In this document: positions 15,881 through 25,291 of the stretch, in pieces
How positions within the stretch are numbered: position 1 is the stretch's first letter
Layout of the letters: every line of letters starts with the position of its first letter
Source of the DNA: Ministeria vibrans ATCC 50519
Lineage: Eukaryota; Protista; Filasterea
DNA length: 36,615 bases
Direction: 5' to 3'
Assembly (NCBI GenBank): GCA_943704425.1
Contig: CALSCP010000928.1
Span: 1-36,615 of the forward strand
Made by a program: the position numbers and the translations under genes
Notes under the pieces: generated by a model
Database searches by the model: none
What the model saw: the letters and a program-made list of their open reading frames with translations, nothing else
Told to the model about the DNA's origin: nothing

Positions 15881-17936
15881 CTACAAATCATCGTCGCTAT
15901 CGTTGGGATGCGCGACGGGAAGATCAGGCAAAGGAGGGCCGCGCGACGAATGCCCTTTAGGTCTCCGCACTGAATCCGAAGTGGACTGTGCTGTAGCTGA
16001 CGTACTACTACTACTACTGGTGGTGGCGGTGGTGGTGGTGGTGGTGGTGTGGTCTGCAACTCGGTTTGCGTTTGCAACAGCTGCTGCTGTGGCTGCGACG
16101 GCCGAGGCCCGCTTTTCCTTTCTCCGCCCAGACTGCTGCTGTTGCTGTTGATGTTGTTGTTGTTCGCGTTGTTGCTCTGTTTGTTGTTGTGAAGAAGACT
16201 GTGACTGTAAAGACGGGGAAAGCTGCGACTGAGGTGGTGTGTCCATGGTCACGGCTGTGGCTGCAACCGGTGCAGCAGCGGCCTTTGCACTCACTTTGCC
16301 CTTCCTCTGTGTCCGCCCTCCGATCACAACTCCCTTTGCTTGCGACACTTCCATTTCGCTTAGCTTCTCGGCCATGCGTCGCTCTGCCTCCCCCTTGAGA
16401 TCCATTACGTCCCGCGCAAATTCTCGAAGGTGAATCTAAAAAACAACAAGGTGACCTTGAGTCACGACAAGGCGGTCAAGACACAAGTCAGTGATACCTT
16501 GAGGTACATGTTGACTTCATCGGGGCGACTGAGGTAAGGAAAGTTGCCGCCACTCTTGAGGTGAGCGCCCTTTGCGTGCGGATACAGCTTGGTGAGTTCG
16601 TCGCGGACTTTGGTGGAGAGAGCGCAGTTGTCAAAGACATCAATGATGGTCAGAGGCACATTGTTGAGCATTTGCGGCTCGACGTAACCGTCGAGCGAGT
16701 TAAGCGTGAGACGCGATGCCAGCTCCTTTTGCTTGATTGACTCGAGACGCTCGACCATAAAGTCGACCGAGTCGGCAATGGAACGCTCCATAAAGTCTTG
16801 AGGGAAGTTGCTGAGAAGCATACGCTTGAGGACAAAGCCCGGCATGGCCCAGTACACGCCCGAGAAGGAGTTGTCCTTGAAGACGCTCGTGTCGCAGAAT
16901 GAGTTGATCAGCACAACCGAGAGCACGCGTGCCTGACGGTGCATCAATTCGGCGACTTTTTGAGCCAGGAATCCGCCCAGAGAAGCACCCACAAGATGGA
17001 CCTGTGCCGGACACGCGAGACCAAGTCAGCACACTCTCACCCTCACCCTCACCCCCCCTCGCCCTGACACACCTTGTCAAACTTTAACGTGTCCAGCAGC
17101 TTGCGGAATCCGTCAACCCACTCTTCGTGAGTCCAGTGCGGCGGATAGTCCACCTAACAAACAATGCCAAAAAATGCAACACAAGACGAAAAAAAAAAAA
17201 AAAACACAGAAAAGAGAAAAAAAAAAAAAGGTCAGTCAACCCACAAAAACGCATCTGGTGGCGACTGTCAGCAGGCCGCAGGGGAGGGAGGAGGCAGACA
17301 GTCGCCACCGCACAAGACGCCTCCGCACCGCAATGACGCGGTAGCCCATGCTGCCCAGCGCAAGAATCTGGTAGAAGAAGACATCGGCCGTGCCGGACGC
17401 CGGCGGCAGGAAGATCACCGGGTGCGTGATGTCCCGCGGTCCGAAATCATACATTTTCCATGCGATGTCGTCTACGCGCCCACAGAGTCAGCAAAATTGT
17501 CTCTTTGGAGCGTCTCTTTTTTTTTTTTTTCGTTTTTGTCGTCTATCTGTCTCTCTCTCTCTTTCGTTTTTTTCGACTCTAAACCATTAAAAATCAACAC
17601 CAAACGACAAAAAGAAGGGGTGCGGAGTCGAGTATGCAGGCTGGGATCCCCTCGGGGTGTGCAGTGGGCGCGACAAGCGTCGCATTGAGCAGTTCAGAGA
17701 AGCGATTTGGGACAAAACAGCTTTTTCTTCTTCTTCTTCTCAACAATTCAAAAAATAACCGACAATAAAAACGAAGAAAGGGAGAGAGCGCGCGCGCGCG
17801 CGCGCCGGGGCGGGAGTGTGAGTGTGTGTGGCGTACTCTCATCGACCGTCTCAACGACGACTGTTTTGTGGGGCACTGCATTGCGGAAAGACCGATACTC
17901 CTTGGATTGCGCAATGCGACAACCAGAGGACTCCAT
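15881..17936 (-). CDS. SPG21: Maspardin (alpha/beta-hydrolase fold) with a low-complexity C-terminal extension
   Basis: [92 protein letters not shown]|IHLR. ATG at 17936. Confidence 0.95.
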
Positions 17937-18080
17937 GCTGCTTGATGGGGGGTTGCTGCGGTACACACGAAGACCGAAAATCAATGTTTTTTTTTCAAAA
18001 AAAAGAATTTTATTTGTGTTGATCAATCTTAATCTTTAAAAATTATTAATCAAATGGAACACATTAATGTCACCAACTCA

Positions 18081-19826
18081 TTATGCGTCCTCTTCTTGTC
18101 CGGGGATTTTCTTGACGCGCACGGGGGGCGGCGATCGAGCGGCTTCAATGATCTTGCGAACGTTGGCAGTCATTCCTTGATGAATTTCGACGTAGTGGGT
18201 GACGGAGGTGTCGGAGGTGGGTGGACACCAGGAGGTGGTGACGTCGAGCTTCACCTCGTGTTGCTTGGGACGGCTCAGCGAGAGGGAGCTGGTGCGAACC
18301 GGTAGCGTTGCAGCGCGTGCCTGAGGCAGCGGGGGCGGTGAAGCCGGCGTGACCTTGAGCGTCTGGCTCATCTGTGCACTGACGTCGTCAATGGTCTGGT
18401 ACAACGACTCGTCCGTCGACGACGCCGAGTCTGCCGCCTCGCTCTTGTCGTCGGGGTCAAACGTGAGTGAAATGTACTGTGGCGTGCGTGGACTTTTGGG
18501 CTTGTCGTAGCTGTTGCGCAGGAGTGTGCCACTGGGATCGCGGTAGGGCAAGTGCTTGGGCGAGGGAATAAAGGGTGCGGCCGGCGCAGCACTGGCGCCC
18601 GATGGAGGCTCTTGCACCATTCGTGGAGGTGGAGCCCCGCTGGACTTGTAGTCGGGATTCTTTGATATGACACTTTCGTAGCGGTGCACGCCACCGTTTT
18701 CAGCCGACGCGTTTGGGTCTGTCGTGTCGTACTGGTGGACCTTTGTTGATTGTCTAAAAAGTTAATATTGTGATGATGATTGTTTTAATGGGTTGTCTTC
18801 TTCTTCTTCTAATTATTATAATTATAATTACAATCATCGTCATTAACAATAATAATAATAATAATAATAATTACTAATAATTAATATAATTATGATTATT
18901 ATTATTATTATTATTTTAAATTTGTGTGCACTACTTACTGTGACTTGGAACCACGCTGAGTGATTGAAATCATGTTGGCCATTGGATCCGCTTTCTTTTC
19001 AAGTACGTTCACTCGATTGTTGAGGTACTTGAAGACAGCCTCCGCCTGCTTCTCACAATCAAACACAAACGTTCCTTCGCCTGTGGGAGCGTCTGAGTTT
19101 ACCTGATAGAAGAGAAGAAAAAAACGAAGAAAAAAAGACAATAATGAGATTGATCAAGAAAAATAATTATTATAATAACAATAATTATTATGTATCGATG
19201 TTTTTTTAGATTGTTCTTCGTTACCGCAAAGTGAAAAATGTTCTTGTCGTAGCTAAAGGTTGTAATACAGGTCAAAGGCCAGACTAGAAGGGGACGACGG
19301 CTTTTGTGCGAGAGTAACACAACGACTGTTTGTCCAAACTGCAGCAGAGCCTTTCCGGCCATCTCCAAATCATTGTGGAGCATTCGAACGCGAAAGGTTT
19401 TGCCTATGGAGATGGTGACAGGCGCCATGAGTATTATCCATGGGAAGGGGTACGTAGAGGAAGAAGCCTCGGTGTGAATGATGTGTTAAAGAGACGTTTC
19501 TGACGCCATTTTCTTAACGGGCTCAGTAAAAAAGAGAAAAAAAACAAGAGAAACATAATATTTTTAGGTTTGTTCCCAAAAACATCCGCATACCAGGGCA
19601 GTTAAGCGTCACGGAACTGACACAGCCATCGTGTACGGCAATGTCACACACTAAGAGTCGAAAGAGAAGGCGGGTATTGTGAGGGGACAGGAAGAAAGTC
19701 TTCTGGCTTACGCTCGCAGACTGCGCCTGCCGTCAGATGCGCCTTTTTCTTGCACACTTCGCACGTTCTTGCAGTTAAGTAATGAGTAGCAGAGAATTTA
19801 TGGAATTCTTTGTTGGATGCCGTCAT
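18081..19826 (-). CDS. C1-domain + IRS-type PTB adaptor with tyrosine-motif tail (DOK/FRS2-like)
   Basis: C1 domain HKFSATHYLTARTCEVC..CE|LCDIAVHDGC..C. IRS-PTB TFRV..VWPLTCITTFSYDKNIFHFA|VNSDAPTGEGTFVF..AEAVF. Tail carries YDTT, YESV, YRDP, YDKP, YISL, YQTI, YVEI. Five exons with in-frame GT-AG junctions. Confidence 0.8.
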
Positions 19827-19973
19827 ATTAAGCGAATGAGAAATTATAATGTGAGTTAAGAGTGAGTGTTAAGAGTTTCTCGTTAATAATACTTAAAATT
19901 ATTATTATTGTAATAATAATAATAATAATTATTAATGACAAAAATAATTATTAATCTATTTTTCATTTTTGTC

Positions 19974-20868
19974 ATGTTGTCAGTCGTTCTCGTTGCACTG
20001 TGCATTGCAGTGGGACACAGCGATGCGCGCGCTTTGGACCCGCCACCGCCGACGTGGGATATGCAATTTTACGTTCCCATTAACCAAACGATTCGCATTG
20101 GAGAACGCATCCACAACAATGTGTTTCAGTACTACTACGATGCGATTGCGAAGGAGAGCAAGAGCGTCCATGGCCGCGGCCAGTACGATGAGATGTGCCG
20201 AAGGTATGAAGCAGAAGAAAGTGATATTTCGCTTGATCATTATTTTGGATTCAGTATTCGCGGTAAAGAATTCAGTGACGAGCCGTGCACGCACCTCGTG
20301 AGCAGCGATGGCTGGCGCTACCTCATCTTCGACGACCTGTGCTGCCAGTGCTGCAACGTGACGGAGTACTGCGGCATCATTGCGCCCAACTGGCTGCGCA
20401 ACGGAACGTACCAGGGCCACAAGACCTTTGAGGGTCGCGACTGCGAGGGCTGGATGAAGGAGGGCGGCGAGGCCAACTACTACTACCAGACGCTCGAGAC
20501 ACACCCTCGTCCCTGTGTCTACTTTGAAGGTCTGAGTCGTCGGTGGCGCGACGCTTGGCTCATTCTCAAGGAGCACTNNNNNNNNNNGGACACCAGCGGC
20601 AAGGGTAGGGGCAGTGGTGGCCGTCGTTGTCGCGGGCGTGCCCCCCCTCCCCACTTGAAACTCATTTTCTCTGTTGTGTGTTAACTTTTGTGTACTGCAC
20701 ATCGACTATATTATGCTACCAGGGTACCCCAAACTGACACCCACGTCGTACAACCTGTGGAACTACGAGACCGACCAGTACCGTGCGGGCCCTGTCGATC
20801 CCTCTGTCTTCACCGTGCCGCCTCACTGTGACCAGCCGTGTCCGTCCAAGTCGTGCAACGGCTCCTAA
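19974..20868 (+). CDS. Secreted Cys-rich protein, probably ependymin-related/LolA-fold (plant At4g14100-like) family
   Basis: Signal peptide, PPPTWDMQF, YYYD, CC..CGIIAPNWLRNGTYQG..EGRDCEGW, YYY..RPC, and the EPDR-type ending VDPSVFTVPPHC. Intron 20530-20722 and probable intron 20204-20254. Confidence 0.65.
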
Positions 20869-21329
20869 CAATGCGATTTGTAACCACACCATGAATACTG
20901 CAGTCCCTCCGAAGTCCCTCCCACACTACAGTTCCACCTCCCCCCAAGACAATGGTATTTCAATCGCATATATGACATGTGTTTTGTCACGACTGCTGTG
21001 AGTCTGTGACTGAGAGAAACCTTCGCTGTCTAAGGGTACAACAAGCTTACGCTTCAAGGCGGCGCACAACGAGCCTAACCCCTTCTCCACCAATTTAACG
21101 TCTTATGGTTAATGACTTTATGACACTGTAGTGAGTATAATCACTTAGTAGTGACTAGTGAGTAAGTACTTTGTGAACTTACTAATCAGTCATTAAAATT
21201 TCAGGATTCTCGAAATGTACCACCCTTCTCCTATCAGATGACAGACTGACGATCTTCAAAACTTGTTATTGATTTTATTCACTATCAGAATTTTCTCTCT
21301 TCTCCTCTCTCAAAACAACTTTGCCCAAA

Positions 21330-23336
21330 ATGCCCGCTAAAGCCGCCGCCACTCACCCCACTTACTCCGACATGGTATGCATCCTTTCGTTTGCCCTATC
21401 CATCCCAGATGGAAAAAAAAAAAACTTACAAAAAAAAAAACTTACCATCTTCCCCCTTTCCCTGATTCGCACGCCACAGGTCGCTGAGGCCATCGCGGCT
21501 CTTAAGGAGCGCAATGGATCGAGCCGTCAGGCCATTGCCAAGTTCGTCACTGCCAAATACAAGGGTAAGAGGCCAAACGAGCGTTGGTGGTCGTTTTGGC
21601 GCCAACATTTTGTCGTTGTCCGTTTTGAAATGTGATGCGGTGCAAATCGGACTTGTGGCTCATGGCGCTCCCGCCATATGGCGTAAACATGACCCATTGA
21701 TTGTTTCCAAATGGACGGATTGTCGCGCACGAGTCGCATTTTGCCGGAACGCGCGCGAATGCGAAAACCGTTTTTTTTGCAACGACCTTTTTTTTGCACG
21801 TCAACTTTCGCACCGTCTCACGCCTTACAGACGTTTGCGATCATTGCGCGCGCCTGTCCACCCGATAAACACTTCAGTCGCACACCCTTTCCCTCGAGGC
21901 GTGCCCGACGAAAGATGACTCGGTGCGCGTCTAGGGGGGTTTTTTGCGACGGCGGTCCCTCGCTTTTTTGATAACCCTCTCCCACGCGATTCCCGTTTGC
22001 GATCACTGCGCTCGCACCGCCAGCCTACGCACAAGGCTATAATACGTGCCTGTGTGTGCGCGCGCGCGTCGAAATGGACCAAGACGCCCGACATTCGGGT
22101 CGTTTGTGAACAGCGAAAAACGCAACAGTTTGCCTGTCGTTCGCGCCCCACGACGACTCCGGCAAACTTGCGCATGTCGAACCTCCGTCGTTTATGTGTT
22201 AACCTTGCCCAGTTGAACCTCTACACGCGTTGTGTGTCCTTTTTAATGCGCTACGGGCTCGACGGTGGGTCGTTTTTGACAGACGTCGAGCAGAGTCGAT
22301 TTTACTCGCCAACCTCCCCTCTTGCACCACCTCCCACTCGCCACCGTCTCTTCTAAAATTGCTCGGCGCACTCCCATTCGCTGCCTGACGTCAACTTCTT
22401 TCAATGCTGTGAGACGTTGTGCCCACGCCAAAGCGTCCCTGAGTGTCAGGGCGCGTCGACAAGTTTTCGCAAACAGTTTGCTACTTCGTTGAACACATTG
22501 ATGCCATCGAATTTCTCTGCACCCCTGCACCCTCATTCGGTTGCTCCTTCACTAAACAGTACATACAGGGTTGTATGACCTCATTCGCAACGTCGCGACA
22601 CTTGATGTGTGTATTTCTCTGTAACATGGTCAACGAAATTGCGTTGACCGTTACAAAAAAAGTTTTTTTTTCGTCAACACATCCCATCTCATCATGATTG
22701 TTCTTTTATCCCTATAGTCCCCACCACCGGCAACCACAACTTCAACCAGGCTCTGACCAAGGGTGTCGCCAGCGGCAAGCTCAAACAGATCAAGGGTAAG
22801 TTTTGTTTCTCGGCGCCAAAAGGTTGGTTTTTTGATTTTTTTTTTTGTTGTTGTTCCTGCTTCTCTTCGCAGCATCGTTCGCTCTTGTGAAGAAGGCCAA
22901 GGCTGCGCCCAAGCCCAAGAAGGCTGCTGCTCCCAAGAAGGCTGCGTCCAAGCCCAAGAAGGCTGCTGCCCCCAAGAAGGCCGCTTCCCCCAAGAAGGCC
23001 GCTGCTCCCAAGAAGGCATCGTCCAAGAAGGCTGCTGCTCCTAAGAAGGCCGCTGCTCCCAAGAAGGCATCGTCCAAGAAGGCTGCTGCTCCTAAGAAGG
23101 CCGCTGCTCCCAAGAAGGCATCGTCCAAGAAGGCTGCTGCCCCCAAGAAGGCCGCTGCTCCCAAGAAGGCATCGTCCAAGAAAGCAGCTGCCCCCAAGAA
23201 GGCCGCACCCAAGGCTAAGAAGGCTGCAACCCCCAAGAAGAAGGTATGATTTGTGAGCTCTCTCTCTCTCTCTCTTTCTCTGTGATAGAGTACATTCTCT
23301 CGTGACTCATTCTCTCTCCTCTCACTTTTGTAGTAA
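21330..23336 (+). CDS. Linker histone H1 (exons 21330-21374, 21480-21564, 22718-22795, 22873-23243, probable stop-only exon from 23334)
   Basis: Globular domain HPTYSDM|VAEAIAALKERNGSSRQAIAKFV..ALTKGVASGKLKQIK|ASFAL followed by a K/A/P-rich tail. Confidence 0.95.
23010..23213 (+). repeat. Four tandem 51-bp coding repeats (KKASSKKAAAPKKAAAP) in the H1 tail
   Basis: AAGAAGGCATCGTCCAAGAA units start at 23010, 23061, 23112 and 23163. Confidence 0.92.
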
Positions 23337-23629
23337 ATCTGTTGCTTTGCTTTTCCAAACTGTCTTTTTGTGTCCACCCCCCTTTTACTTTTCACAATTG
23401 TTTACTCGATTGGGAGTTTTTGTTTGCAATATTCGAGAGTGTTATAAAAAATTTAGAGAGAGAAAATTCCAATACAAAAAAAAACAGAAAACAATTTCAA
23501 ATTAAATCAACAAACCAAATAAGAATAATATTGTGTATTTCTATTTTTGTGTCTCCGATAGAAAAGAATAGTAGTGTGAGTGGGATTTTAGATTGATAAC
23601 ATGAATATTGACTATTGTTGTGTATTATA

Positions 23630-23893
23630 TTAGTGAGATTTTGATTGGGTTGGGGCAATGAAGAGTGAGCCAGGTTTGACTGACTTGGGGGGAGTGGCGC
23701 TGAATGTACCGAGCCAATGGTCCCACGGGACATAGGACTCACCATAGTTGATCTCAAAGTGCGCCTGAGAGGGGGGAAGAAATGCGTGTGGGTGAGTGGT
23801 GTACGTGCCTGACTGAGTGATTTTGCTGTATGAGAGCTGAGTTGACGGAGTGAGAGACTTGAAATTCATTCGCGATCACCATACGTCAATTAA

Positions 23894-23927
<34 letters not shown>

Positions 23928-25049
23928 GATGTGAGGGTATAGGAGAGGAAGGAAGCAATACAAAGAATGAAGACATACATGATGAAGATAGTGAGGGTAG
24001 GAGCCACTGCCGGGTGCGGCATGGCCGTCGTGGCCCAACTGCGCTGCCAGACTCAAATCGATTTTTGTCGTGAGCGCAATAAGCGGATGGGCGATGAAGA
24101 AGCAGGGGAGAAGCGCTACCGAGAAGTAGCCGATGCTCTCGACGGGGTGCATGTTGATACCGGAAAAGGCAGTCGGGTTGTATGATTTGTGGTGGAGACT
24201 GTGGACGTGTCTGGGGAATCGAATGAGTCACGTACGCGTTACTCTTGCTTGGGTTCCCCTGCTTACTTGTAAAGGAATTTGCCAAGATCAGGAATGGACT
24301 TGGTGCGCCATGGGTGCATTGCGCGGTGCAGCCAGAAAAAGTGCCTAAGAGACACAACAATCAACAACACCTCCGTCTATAAGTCATATTCCTTTCCCTA
24401 CGTGATTCGCCAATACGGCATGGACGCGAGCCAGAGAAAGTTGCGAATGGGGTATGCCCAAAAGTCATTGTACAACGGGATGGCACCCGTTGCCCAGAGG
24501 TTCATCAGGACAATTTCTTGCACACTCGCAAGAACCGTCGCCTATCAATGATCAAAAAACAAACAGTTAGGGTTAGGGTTAGGGTTAGGGTTAGGGTTCG
24601 CAAAGCGCAGTAAGAGAGGGGTGCTCTGTATCAAGTCGTACCAGAGTGGAAACCTTGACATCGTGCCAAACTTGCGCGGAGGAAGGATACTTTGGGTTGT
24701 ACTTGAACTTGTGGAGTCGCGACGCGAACGGGGAAAAGTACAACAGCCAATCCCAACCGCCACACAAAATATAGAGCATGGCCAAGTCTCGCGCCACAAT
24801 AGTCATCACCCAATTGAACTGGTACGTCTTCGCTTCGTCAAACGAGGGCACGGTATACTGCCAGCAGAGAAGCGCGAGAAGAAATTTGGGGATGATCGAC
24901 GCAACGACCGTCAGATGCTCCGACGGAGGCGCTACGGGCTGCGGCGCCTGGGGAGCCACGGGCTTCGTCGTGTTGTCCGTCGTGGCAACCATTGCCAGGT
25001 TCATTTCGGGCCAGAGTGCCGCAAGTGCGACATTCTTAAGGAGACTCAT
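23630..25049 (-). CDS. Fatty acid hydroxylase superfamily / sterol desaturase-like membrane di-iron enzyme
   Basis: His boxes HRAMH, HSLHH, (GHDG) and HYLHH, plus MHPVE and NYG..WDHWLGTF, with hydrophobic segments. Five exons. Start codon uncertain (25049 or a downstream ATG). Confidence 0.88.
24567..24598 (+). repeat. Interstitial telomere-like (TTAGGG)5 in desaturase intron 1
   Basis: TTAGGG x5 read directly. Confidence 0.92.
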
Positions 25050-25291
25050 CAATCAAAACAAAACTGAAAAGTGAGAAGTCAAAAGTTAAAAGATATAATC
25101 GGGGGGGGGTTTTTTTCAAACGACCATGAATGAGTGTGAACAATATTGCCATCACGGAAGCGGGCGGGAAGATGACTCGAATGAAAATAGAACCCTTGTT
25201 GGCGTTGCGCATCCGGAAAGTTCCCCACACTAAACTTCTTGTTTCACACACAGTTTTGATTCTTTTCATTACTTTTCCCTCGTCCTCCACA

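Noticed and set aside
21070-21980. Telomerase RNA template candidates (CCTAACCC at ~21074, TAACCCT at ~21972)
   Set aside because: Only 7-8 nt matches, expected by chance, with no supporting architecture visible.
21565-22717. Group I/II intron, nested gene or transposon as the explanation of the long H1 intron
   Set aside because: It has canonical GTAAG..TAG spliceosomal ends. I saw no recognisable catalytic cores, terminal repeats or credible ORF.
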